Source: Bacteroidota bacterium (GTDB taxonomy: Bacteria; Bacteroidota; Bacteroidia; NS11-12g; UBA955). From it: a DNA stretch of 64,000 nucleotides. Under the pieces are notes generated by a model. It was not told the origin of the DNA. It saw nothing but the letters and a program-made list of their open reading frames with translations, and searched no databases. The stretch's first letter is position 1; every line of letters begins with the position of its first letter. The position numbers and the translations under genes were made by a program. Of this stretch, positions 9,589 through 18,500 are shown piece by piece. The stretch lies in the NCBI GenBank assembly GCA_027621365.1, contig JAQCBH010000001.1, positions 133,308 through 197,307 of the forward strand. The letters are read 5' to 3'.

Positions 9589-11834
9589 TGAACAGATTTT
9601 GGCCCATAGCATTGATTTTGTGCTTGGCCTCAGCCGGTCAATTGAAGGCACAATTGCAAGCCACCGGTTTGTGGCGTACTCACATGTCGTACCGCGACGC
9701 CAAAATTTGCCAGGCTTCAGACGAGTTTGTCTATGCGGCTAGTTTCAGCGGATTCTTTCGCGTCAAACAAGCCAGCGGTGAAATGCAAAAACTGGGTACC
9801 CAAGACGGCTTTGCCGGTTTGGAAGTCACCTGTTTGAACTACTACCCCAGTGCCCGCTGTCTGTTCATTGGCTATGCCGATGGCAACATAGACCTGCTGT
9901 TTGACAACCGCAGCATCTCCAATGTACCAGGATTCGCCCAGAAAGCCTTGATTGGGGACAAGCGCATCTTGGATGTCTCTTTTTACGAAGATTACGCTTT
10001 GGTTTCGACCTACTTCGGTTTGCTCGTGGTCGATTTGAAACGCCACGAAATCAAAGACAGCTATACCTCCATTGGTCCTTTGGGCAGTTCCCTTCCGGTT
10101 TTATCATCGGTGATATTTCGCGACAGCCTGTTCATCGCCAGCCCAGAAGGATTGCGTTCTGCTCCTTGGACAGGCAACTACAACTTGAACGATTACCAAA
10201 ACTGGTCCACCCTAGGGCAAATGACTAAGCCTTGCCAGCAGCTAGCAGCCAACGCCGAAGGTCTTTATTTCAGCAGTGATTCCATGGTCTACCGCTACAA
10301 CAATGGGCATCTGTCCGTTTTGGACAATCGCAGGCTCGCCGTTGCGCGCATTCAAGCAGGGAAAAACGGCATGGTGGTTTACCGCCCGGGCAGCATCACG
10401 GAATATTCAGGGGGATCCTCAAAAGCAGAACCCGTAAACCTCATTGTACACGGTACCCAGGATCCTCAAGGCCTGTATTGGTTCTGTACGGGCATTGGAC
10501 CTGGTGTCATCAAAAAAGCCCCAAGCGGCGAAGTGGCCTTCATGCCCGATGGCCCGAACAACAGTACGGTATTTCGCATGAGCCAAGAAGGGCCCTACCT
10601 GTTCACAGGAGGTGGTGGTGTTAGTTCGACTTTTGGCAATGCGTTCAACGATGCCGGATTTTACATCTACACACCAACGGGATGGGTAAACAACATTGCT
10701 TCCCCATTGAACCAAAATCTATACGACTTTACCTATCCCTTTTACTCAAACCGACGCAATCGGGTGTATTTGGGAAGCCATTCGTATGGCATGTTGGTGT
10801 TCAATGGTTTGGAAGTCGAGCAGCGAATCGATCAAAACAACTCGCCCTTGAGCCCCATATCAGCCGGCTTTCTGCGCGTTTCGGGCATCACCGAAGACCG
10901 AAACGACTACCTGTGGTTTGCCAATTTTGGAGCTGACAAGGCCCTACATTGCCTGGACCTGAGTAACAAGTGGCATTCCTTTGAACTCTCGGCCTCCGGC
11001 CAAGTCATTAGCGATGTCAAAGAAGTGGTGGCCGATCGATTTGGCCACATTTGGATGATACGCCAAAGCGGGGGTTTGGTGGTCTATGACCCAGGAAAAG
11101 ATTTGAATTCCCTTTCAGACGATCGCTGCATACTCATTGATTCACGGCATGGTCTGCTAAGCAATGAGGTATTGAGCCTGAAGGCTGACAACCTGGGCTA
11201 TGTCTGGATTGGCACCAATCAAGGATTGAACATATTTACAGGATCCCAATCCATCTTTGAATTGAGCAAATTGGACCGCTTTGTCATCGACCAAGACGGA
11301 ACCCTGGGCTACCTCATGGGCGAAGAGAGCATTTACGACATCTGCATCGATGGCGGAGGGCGCAAGTGGTTCGGAACGGCCAACGGATTGTTCCTGGTCG
11401 ATCCATACGGCCAAAAAGTACTGCGTCATTTCACCCAAGAAAACTCCCCCTTGTTGTCCAACCGAATTGTTTGCTTGGGGCAAACCGATGAAACGGGAGA
11501 ATTGTTCGTGGGAACCGACAAAGGCATTATATCGTACCGCAACGATGCCAATCAGGGATCCAGCCAATTCCAAGCGCTGAAAATCTATCCCAACCCTGTT
11601 CCTCCGAAATACAGTGGGCTGGTCACCATTGAAGGGCTCAGCAGCAATGCGGAAGTTAAAATCACCGACGCCAATGGCCGCTTGGTGTATCAAACCCGAG
11701 CCAATGGAGGAAAAGCCACTTGGGACGGACTTCGATTGGATGGCACTCGACCCAATAGCGGAGTGTACTTGGTATTTGCCCTCAACAGCGATGGGACCGA
11801 AACGGCCATGGGGAAGTTCATCTTCATGCACTAA
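9588..11834 (+). CDS. PorZ-like T9SS protein: two-component-regulator-type propeller repeats plus T9SS C-terminal domain
   Basis: The ATG at 9588 overlaps the sprA stop (TGATG). A signal peptide is present (ALILCLASAGQLKAQ). Repeated Reg_prop-like blades are seen (GYVWIGTNQGLNIF, RKWFGTANGLFLVD, ELFVGTDKGIISY). The C-terminus is a type A CTD (LKIYPNPVPPKYSGLVTIEGL...GVYLVFALNSD..GKFIFMH). At about 750 aa it matches PorZ in size. Confidence 0.6.
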   Translation: MNRFWPIALILCLASAGQLKAQLQATGLWRTHMSYRDAKICQASDEFVYAASFSGFFRVKQASGEMQKLGTQDGFAGLEVTCLNYYPSARCLFIGYADGNIDLLFDNRSISNVPGFAQKALIGDKRILDVSFYEDYALVSTYFGLLVVDLKRHEIKDSYTSIGPLGSSLPVLSSVIFRDSLFIASPEGLRSAPWTGNYNLNDYQNWSTLGQMTKPCQQLAANAEGLYFSSDSMVYRYNNGHLSVLDNRRLAVARIQAGKNGMVVYRPGSITEYSGGSSKAEPVNLIVHGTQDPQGLYWFCTGIGPGVIKKAPSGEVAFMPDGPNNSTVFRMSQEGPYLFTGGGGVSSTFGNAFNDAGFYIYTPTGWVNNIASPLNQNLYDFTYPFYSNRRNRVYLGSHSYGMLVFNGLEVEQRIDQNNSPLSPISAGFLRVSGITEDRNDYLWFANFGADKALHCLDLSNKWHSFELSASGQVISDVKEVVADRFGHIWMIRQSGGLVVYDPGKDLNSLSDDRCILIDSRHGLLSNEVLSLKADNLGYVWIGTNQGLNIFTGSQSIFELSKLDRFVIDQDGTLGYLMGEESIYDICIDGGGRKWFGTANGLFLVDPYGQKVLRHFTQENSPLLSNRIVCLGQTDETGELFVGTDKGIISYRNDANQGSSQFQALKIYPNPVPPKYSGLVTIEGLSSNAEVKITDANGRLVYQTRANGGKATWDGLRLDGTRPNSGVYLVFALNSDGTETAMGKFIFMH

Positions 11835-11861
11835 TCTCCATTAGCGCATTTTTACTGAAGG

Positions 11862-12635
11862 TCAATCAGGCCAAGTCAATTCCAGACCATCGTAGGCCAA
11901 GTCAATTCCCTCTGGCAATTCCGCACAAACCTCCTCATGCAGGCCAATCTGATGGCTCATGTGCGTGAAATAGGTTTGCTTGGCTCCCACCTTCTGGGCA
12001 ATGGCCACAGCCTCCTCCAAGGTAAAATGAGAGATATGAGGCTCTCTTCGAAGAGCATTGAGCACCAAAACCTCTACCCCTTCTAGCTTAGCCAATTCGA
12101 CTTCATCGATGCGATTGGCATCGGTCACATAAGCAAAGGGGCCAAAGCGAAAGCCGAAAACCGGCAGCTTGTAATGCAGCACCTGAATGGGGGTAACTTC
12201 CAGTCCCAATAGATCGAAATCCAAATTCTCGATCAATCGAAAATCCACATCGGGTATTCCTGGATAGGGATTTTCAGCGAACAAATAAGCAAATTGTCCC
12301 TTCAATGATTCCAATACGCGTGAATGCAAATAAACAGGGATCGGCTCCTGTTGACGGTAATTAAAGGGACGTATGTCGTCCAATCCTGCGGTATGATCCC
12401 GGTGTTCATGCGTGAACAGAATGGCATCCAGCCGTTGTACCCCTGCTCGGATCATTTGGTACCGAAAATCAGGACCGGCATCGACGACGATGGAGCGACC
12501 CTCCCATTCCAACCAAATGCTCGAACGAAGGCGTTTGTCTCGTGGATCCAAACTCAAACAGACAGGAGATGTACACCCAATAGGGGGAACACCTTGGGAA
12601 GTGCCTGTACCGAGAAAGGTCACACGCATGATCAA
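11862..12635 (-). CDS. MBL-fold metallo-hydrolase (PhnP-like)
   Basis: 257 aa. The N-terminus reads VTFLGTGTSQGVP and the HxHxDH motif is present (THEHRDHTAG). Confidence 0.8.
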   Translation of the reverse strand: MIMRVTFLGTGTSQGVPPIGCTSPVCLSLDPRDKRLRSSIWLEWEGRSIVVDAGPDFRYQMIRAGVQRLDAILFTHEHRDHTAGLDDIRPFNYRQQEPIPVYLHSRVLESLKGQFAYLFAENPYPGIPDVDFRLIENLDFDLLGLEVTPIQVLHYKLPVFGFRFGPFAYVTDANRIDEVELAKLEGVEVLVLNALRREPHISHFTLEEAVAIAQKVGAKQTYFTHMSHQIGLHEEVCAELPEGIDLAYDGLELTWPD

Positions 12636-13615
12636 TTCATATTGCTCAGGTAGCCCTTAAGCTTCATGATGATGACGACCTGCATGTTGTCAGCACCCTT
12701 ATCATCAGATGCCCAAATGCTCAACCAATCGGTCGCGTGAATGACCTCAAATTGAGAAGCCATGCTCGCATCGCTTACAGGGTATTCGTACACCTTGTTA
12801 CCCAAATCGTTCAATACCCCTTTCAAAAAACCAAAACGAGCGGAAACTCGGGGATTCTCATGGCTATTCAAAAAGATGAAGTTGGTATCGTGTTTTTCGT
12901 AATAGCTTTCGATCATGTTGTGGTTGGCTTCTGGCAATACCGAAACAAATCCTTCGCCTTTTCCATTCTCTTGAATCTGCTGGCAGAAGCGAATGGCAAC
13001 CGCTTCGTAAGGAGCATCACAAATGACGACGAACTTCTGGGCAATGGTCTCCTGGAAAAAGGAATGCATGTGTCGCGCCTGAGCAACCATAGCTTCAGGC
13101 TGACGGAATTGATCGCGAAGGGCTTCGATGGCCTGACGCTGATCTTGCCCCATCAGTTCACCCATCATCATGGTCAAATTGGCCACCGCAAAACCCAAGG
13201 TCATACGGGGCTGATACCCGGTGTCAATTCGGAAGAAAGGATACCCGTGATCGTGGGCCAATGATTCGATTTTGCCGCCAGCGGCCATCACCATAATGTC
13301 ACAACCGCGAGATTGAGCATCGTCAAACATGCTCAAGGTTTCTTCGGTCATTCCAGAATACGAGCACAATATGGCCAAGGTCTTAGGACCTGCATAACCG
13401 GGCATGCTGTAATCGGAATACACTTCAACGGGCACGGGAGAGCTATTCCAGAAATTCAAACGGACGATGCGACCACCAATTCCGCTTCCACCCAAACCAC
13501 CTATGACTACGTTGTCGTAATTCTGAATGGACTTGCCGTGGTTCTGGTAATGTTCCAACACATAATCAAACTGCTGATAAAAGTTCTCTAATGACTGCTC
13601 GTGGGTAATTGACAT
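12632..13615 (-). CDS. SIS-domain bifunctional phosphoglucose/phosphomannose isomerase family protein
   Basis: The sequence shows SIS-domain features (VVIGGLGGSGIGG; ILCSYSGMTEET). The start was chosen at the MSITHEQ Met at 13615 rather than the longer ORF start at 13648. Confidence 0.65.
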   Translation of the reverse strand: MSITHEQSLENFYQQFDYVLEHYQNHGKSIQNYDNVVIGGLGGSGIGGRIVRLNFWNSSPVPVEVYSDYSMPGYAGPKTLAILCSYSGMTEETLSMFDDAQSRGCDIMVMAAGGKIESLAHDHGYPFFRIDTGYQPRMTLGFAVANLTMMMGELMGQDQRQAIEALRDQFRQPEAMVAQARHMHSFFQETIAQKFVVICDAPYEAVAIRFCQQIQENGKGEGFVSVLPEANHNMIESYYEKHDTNFIFLNSHENPRVSARFGFLKGVLNDLGNKVYEYPVSDASMASQFEVIHATDWLSIWASDDKGADNMQVVIIMKLKGYLSNMN

Positions 13616-13653
13616 GCCACAAAAATAAGCAGTTGCGGGCAGGTCCAAAACGA

Positions 13654-13681
13654 AAAAAGCCCCGAAATCGGGGCTTTTTTC
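13654..13681 (-). terminator. intrinsic terminator downstream of the PpiD-like gene
   Basis: The hairpin is gccccg-aaat-cggggc, flanked by A and T runs (aaaaaagccccgaaatcggggctttttt). Confidence 0.7.
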
Positions 13682-13698
13682 AACGATTGATTCTCTGA

Positions 13699-15843
13699 TT
13701 AGTTCCAGTCGAATTTGTAACGGAAGTCTTGTACTTCTGCTTCGCGAACCAAAACTCTCTTCACGGAGCTCAAAATCATCTGAGGCTGCGACATGAAGTC
13801 ATCATTGCGATTCATACTGGCCACCTCTTTTTTAGCATTCATTTCATCACGTTTGATGGGGAATATTACAGCCGTATAATTGTTTCCTTCAATCACCGAA
13901 CTCAAGGCATTCAAATTGGCACCAAAACAAGCACCCGTAATGGCTGACTCCGAACCGTATTGAGGAATGAATCCTTGACCCATATGAAGGTTGCTGACCA
14001 ATTCTACTTTGCCTCCAACAGCCTTAGCCAATTCTTCGGGAGTCTTGGCCGTAGCCTTGGCGGCTTCCAATTTGGCAGCCAACACCAGGTGCTTCTTGTG
14101 ATTGCGAACCAAGGGCTCTAAGGTTTCACGCAATTCTTCTACGGTAGCATATCCGCGGTGACGAACTTGTTCTACTTTGATTACCACATGCTGACCTTCA
14201 AAGGCAAATACATCTGAAATTTCATTGGCTTCACGGTCTTTGTCAAACAACCAGAACAGCAAAGATTTAGCATCTGCTCCCTGCAATCCACAGACTTCGC
14301 GAGACTCAGTAGAAATGTTATCCTGAATGCGAGGAATCAACTTCATGGACTCCTGGGCTTTCTCAAATGAAGCAGGATCTTCGGTAATCTTATTGCGGAA
14401 GCTGCGGCTTTCCTCGTCAACGATGCCCACTGTTTGAGTACCTGCGCTGATCTCGAATACACTTTGAGTAAACTTTATGCGCATGTAATCAGGAGCTTCC
14501 ATCATTTTGATGACGTGATATCCGAATTGGGTTTTTACCATTCCAACCTGTCCCTGTTGAGCAGTGCTACAGAATTTGGCAAATTCAGGAACATAGGCAC
14601 TGGCCAATGACCATCCCAAATCTCCACCCTTGCTGGCCGAACCATCAACCGAATATTGCTTGGCCAGCTCGGCAAAATCTGCCCCTGCCATTACTTTGCG
14701 GTATAATCCTTCAGCGAAGGCCATGGCTTGAATGGAATCAGCAATGATGGTTGAATCGTCGCCCAACTTACCGCTTGAAGGAATCAAGATGTGACTGGCG
14801 CGAACACGGGGAACGGTATCCCTATTTTCAGCCACCTTTTGGTATACAAAATACTTTCCATCATCGGCTTTATAAATTGGGCCTATAACGACACCTACCT
14901 GGGAGGGGAATACCATCTCCGCTATTTCTACAGGTGCCTCTTCGGGCAAATCGCTCTTGGTCAAGAAACCAATAGCACCCAAGGTATCGGGCTTGCTTTG
15001 GCGCTTCAAACCAGCCGCTGTTTTATTGGCTTGCTCCAAAGCATAAGCGGAATCTTCAGAGCTAGGCACGATGTTCCAACGCACATACTTCACAGATCGG
15101 AGCTCTTTTTCGTTCCGGTAAAACTCTTTGTGATCGTCCAAATATTCCTGGAAATCAGCGTCGCTGACTTCAATATCCTTATCGGCTACATCGGCAAATT
15201 TCAGCGCCACCACTTTTGCTTCAACCGAGCCAGTCGATACAAAATCATTGAATTTGGCTTCGGCTTTTGTATTGTACAAGGTCTTGGCAATGTATTTGGC
15301 GTAACGCATTTCGCGCTCTGATTTGCGAATATTCTCCAAATAACTCAAAAACAAACCTTTTGTTTGGCTGTTGCTCTTGGCTTGACGATAAATCATTTTG
15401 ACCTTCATGGGGTCAAACTTCCCATCAGTTTGAAAGCTTGGATCACCCTTTACAGACTCCATGGGGTTCAAACCCATGAGAAGATCTTTTAAATCTTCGT
15501 CGGTTACATCGATTCCGCTCTTATCAATTTCAGAGCGAACCAATTTTTCGTTCATCAAATCTTCCCAAGCCTGAGAGAACAGTTGCTTGCGCTTTTCCTC
15601 ATCCAACTGAAAGTTGGGATCTTGGTTCAATTGGTTGCGGTATAGGCGCTCAGCAACCGGACCAATGTCGTCCAAGGTCCAAGCACCGTCTTTGGTTTGA
15701 GCAATGACATTAGCATCGTTGTCCTGCCCACCAAAACCCAAACTGTTTTTGCCAGACAAGATGTCACCCAATACAAACAAAACCAGGGCGGCAATAATTA
15801 CCGTCACTACCATCCCGGAATTTCTTAACTTCTGTATGATCAT
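13699..15843 (-). CDS. periplasmic chaperone / peptidyl-prolyl isomerase, PpiD/SurA-like
   Basis: The start at MIIQKLRNSGMVVTVIIAALVLFVLGDIL (15843) gives an N-terminal TM anchor. A parvulin-type PPIase segment is present (VRASHILIP...FAELAKQYSVDGSASKGGDLGW...GYHVIKM). At about 714 aa it is typical of Bacteroidota PpiD. Confidence 0.75.
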   Translation of the reverse strand: MIIQKLRNSGMVVTVIIAALVLFVLGDILSGKNSLGFGGQDNDANVIAQTKDGAWTLDDIGPVAERLYRNQLNQDPNFQLDEEKRKQLFSQAWEDLMNEKLVRSEIDKSGIDVTDEDLKDLLMGLNPMESVKGDPSFQTDGKFDPMKVKMIYRQAKSNSQTKGLFLSYLENIRKSEREMRYAKYIAKTLYNTKAEAKFNDFVSTGSVEAKVVALKFADVADKDIEVSDADFQEYLDDHKEFYRNEKELRSVKYVRWNIVPSSEDSAYALEQANKTAAGLKRQSKPDTLGAIGFLTKSDLPEEAPVEIAEMVFPSQVGVVIGPIYKADDGKYFVYQKVAENRDTVPRVRASHILIPSSGKLGDDSTIIADSIQAMAFAEGLYRKVMAGADFAELAKQYSVDGSASKGGDLGWSLASAYVPEFAKFCSTAQQGQVGMVKTQFGYHVIKMMEAPDYMRIKFTQSVFEISAGTQTVGIVDEESRSFRNKITEDPASFEKAQESMKLIPRIQDNISTESREVCGLQGADAKSLLFWLFDKDREANEISDVFAFEGQHVVIKVEQVRHRGYATVEELRETLEPLVRNHKKHLVLAAKLEAAKATAKTPEELAKAVGGKVELVSNLHMGQGFIPQYGSESAITGACFGANLNALSSVIEGNNYTAVIFPIKRDEMNAKKEVASMNRNDDFMSQPQMILSSVKRVLVREAEVQDFRYKFDWN

Positions 15844-15896
15844 AATTTCAAAAGGAGAGCAAAAATAAGGGTTTGCTCTGAAAAAAACCGAGGGTT

Positions 15897-17444
15897 TCAG
15901 CGACGAATCTGCAGGTTTTCTGTGATATAGTTCCCACCACTTCCCAAACGCAGCAATGCAGGGCCTGAATCCATCGAACTGCAAGGCCAACGTATATCCA
16001 AACCTCCTGGTGGTAGTTCTTCGACAACTTGCTGCCACTTTCTGCCTCCCTGTTCCAATTCAAGAGTGCAACTGCTTCGACCAGGCCAGTTCACGTAAGC
16101 ATACAAATACTCCGACCCCGGTTCTTGATGAACCCGCAAAATGGGATACTGCAGGGACGCTGCTCCCTTTTTCAATTCTTTGGCTGTCCAAGACATAGTG
16201 GCAATGCAGGGACGGGATTTGGGCATGTAAAAATGGGTATAGGCAGCCAAAAATTGACTTCCGTCAAATTGCCAGGAGGCATAATCGCCCATGAAGTAGG
16301 AGTCGCCAGGCAGCAAGGTGGGTTCTGGGCTCAATATTTTGGCTTTTGAAAAGGATCTGGGCCCCATTTTTAAGGTCCACATGTGGTAAAATCGATGCGT
16401 GTAAAATCCCTTTGTGCTGTGCACCAATACCTGCGGATACCGAATCTCTGCCGGCCAAACGATTTGAGGGGCAAATGTTTCACCGTCCACCTCCCATTCG
16501 AATTGTTCATACCCGTATCCGCCGTCACGGCTCCACAATCCGACCAAACGGCGCTCTTCGACCCCGCCTTGAGTATATACCACGGCGATTTGACCTTTAG
16601 GACCTATGGCAAAAAAAGGCATGCCGTTGGCCCTCATGCAACCTTCCAATCCATCGTGATTCCATCCCCCCAATTGTTGAGCAATGGCAGTATCTCTGCC
16701 CCAGGACTTACCGAAATCCAAGCTACGATCTTGCCATATTTGGCCTTCTCTGGCCCAAATGCACAGAAGTTCTCCGCTCGGCAGAACCCCTACTGTCGCT
16801 CCTTCGGCTGTCCCATCGTCATCCATGGCATTGCCGCAGCGATCACTCACGACCACCAGCTCGTCGAAAACTTTGGAGCCCGGCGCCAGTCGAGCAAAGC
16901 AAATGCGAGAGGAATCTCCTGGTGCATCGCTTCCGTAATCGTCAAATTCTGTCCAGGTCAAGTACAAGGCGCCCCGTTCGGGTGATTCATCCAACTCGTT
17001 GAGGGTAATCCAAGGCTTATCCTGCATTTTGGAACCGTGAACAGGTGTGGCGACCGAGAATTCATGCTGTCCTTGAACATTGAATTTCTCCACTACCATT
17101 CGATTGAAAAAATTGGGCCAGTCGGCATCGGGATTTCGAGCCAAATGGGCAAGATACATCCCACCATCTAAGGCTGGCAACAACACGGGATCTCCATAGA
17201 ACCCATAAGGCGTTTGGAAAACCAGAGGTTGAAAGGCCGAATCTCCGTGTCTTTTGATAAAAAGAGAAGATGTGTTGAAGGCCAGGTATTCGTGCGAGAA
17301 TTCTGATTTACTGCGCGCATAGGCAGGCTCATTCCCACCGATAGGGGGTGAACCAAAAATGGCCCAATTGGACTGCGCCGACAAGGTGCCAGCCCCAGAA
17401 ATAAGCAGTATGATCAGGCGCTTGAACACCTTACAAGTATACAA
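15897..17444 (-). CDS. secreted BNR/Asp-box repeat protein (sialidase-like fold)
   Basis: A signal peptide is present (LIILLISGAGTLSAQS). One Asp-box is clear (SLDFGKSW) and a second is degenerate (WSRDGGYGY). Substrate is not inferable. Confidence 0.5.
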   Translation of the reverse strand: MYTCKVFKRLIILLISGAGTLSAQSNWAIFGSPPIGGNEPAYARSKSEFSHEYLAFNTSSLFIKRHGDSAFQPLVFQTPYGFYGDPVLLPALDGGMYLAHLARNPDADWPNFFNRMVVEKFNVQGQHEFSVATPVHGSKMQDKPWITLNELDESPERGALYLTWTEFDDYGSDAPGDSSRICFARLAPGSKVFDELVVVSDRCGNAMDDDGTAEGATVGVLPSGELLCIWAREGQIWQDRSLDFGKSWGRDTAIAQQLGGWNHDGLEGCMRANGMPFFAIGPKGQIAVVYTQGGVEERRLVGLWSRDGGYGYEQFEWEVDGETFAPQIVWPAEIRYPQVLVHSTKGFYTHRFYHMWTLKMGPRSFSKAKILSPEPTLLPGDSYFMGDYASWQFDGSQFLAAYTHFYMPKSRPCIATMSWTAKELKKGAASLQYPILRVHQEPGSEYLYAYVNWPGRSSCTLELEQGGRKWQQVVEELPPGGLDIRWPCSSMDSGPALLRLGSGGNYITENLQIRR

Positions 17445-17452
17445 AGGCTTTG

Positions 17453-18403
17453 TTACTGTGCGGCGTGGCGGGCACCCAACCAGCGCTCAGCATCCAAGGC
17501 AGCCATGCATCCAGACCCAGCCGCCGTTACCGCTTGGCGATAGGTTTTATCCTGAGCATCTCCTGCACAGAAAACACCCTCCACATTGGTGTAGGAAGTG
17601 CCGGGTTTGGTGATGATATAACCTTGCTCATCCATGTCGATATAGGGCTTAAAAATATCGGTATTGGGCTGATGACCAATGGCGACAAAGAAGCCCTTGA
17701 TGGCCAATTCTTGAGTACTGCCGTCTTGATTGTTCTTCACGCGAACGGCTTCTACAGCCATATCTCCCAACAATTCGTCGGTTTCCGTATTGAACAATAC
17801 TTCGATATTCGGCGTATTCAGCACACGATGCTGCATAGCCTTTGAAGCGCGGAACTCATCCTTGCGAACCAACATGTAAACCTTGTTGCAGATTTTAGCC
17901 AAGTAGGTGGCCTCTTCACAGGCGGTATCACCCGCTCCCACGATGGCTACATCTTGGCCTCTGTAAAAGAATCCGTCGCACACGGCACAGGCGCTAACCC
18001 CGCTTCCATTCAATCGCTGTTCGCTGGGCAAGCCCAACCATTTGGCCGAAGCACCGGTTGAAATGATGACGGTCTCAGCTTCAATTTGGTGTTCGTAATC
18101 GACGACCACCTTCTGGGGGCCTCCATTGACAAATTCAACCGAGGTAACCATTCCAAAACGGACATCGGCTCCCAAACGCACCGCCTGTGCCTTGAAGTTA
18201 TTCATCATTTCAGGACCCATGATTCCATCGGGATAGCCAGGGTAATTTTCAACATCGGTCGTAATGGTCAATTGACCACCCGGTTGCAAGCCTTCGTAAA
18301 CAACAGGCTCCATATCGGCGCGTGCCGCGTAAATGGCTGCGGTGTAGCCTGCAGGACCACTACCGATAATCAAACATTCGATTTTCTCTACTGATGTGCT
18401 CAT
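17453..18403 (-). CDS. trxB: thioredoxin-disulfide reductase
   Basis: 316 aa. The FAD motif IIGSGPAGYTAAIYAAR, the redox-active CAVCDG, and the NADPH motif VAIVGAGDTACEEA are all present. Confidence 0.92.
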   Translation of the reverse strand: MSTSVEKIECLIIGSGPAGYTAAIYAARADMEPVVYEGLQPGGQLTITTDVENYPGYPDGIMGPEMMNNFKAQAVRLGADVRFGMVTSVEFVNGGPQKVVVDYEHQIEAETVIISTGASAKWLGLPSEQRLNGSGVSACAVCDGFFYRGQDVAIVGAGDTACEEATYLAKICNKVYMLVRKDEFRASKAMQHRVLNTPNIEVLFNTETDELLGDMAVEAVRVKNNQDGSTQELAIKGFFVAIGHQPNTDIFKPYIDMDEQGYIITKPGTSYTNVEGVFCAGDAQDKTYRQAVTAAGSGCMAALDAERWLGARHAAQ

Positions 18404-18468
18404 AACTCTTTAATGAGACAAAGGTAAAATGAGGCTCTGAGCAGTTATGTGACTTTTGTTCACAACAC

Positions 18469-18499
18469 AAAAAAATGGGGAGCCTGAGCTCCCCATTTC
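18469..18499 (-). terminator. intrinsic terminator downstream of glutamine synthetase
   Basis: A 9-bp stem (aaatgggga/tccccattt) is followed, on the minus strand, by a run of seven T. Confidence 0.7.
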
Positions 18500-18500
18500 A

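Noticed and set aside
13699-16038. N-terminal extensions in the ORF track, for example 13699-16038, 12632-13648, 46105-47772, 47678-48739, 57013-58962, 55858-57276, 52226-52891 and 41070-45554.
   Set aside because: Internal Met codons give canonical signal peptides, TM anchors or family-typical N-termini. The extensions are Arg/Cys-rich or overlap neighbouring genes, so the shorter starts were used.
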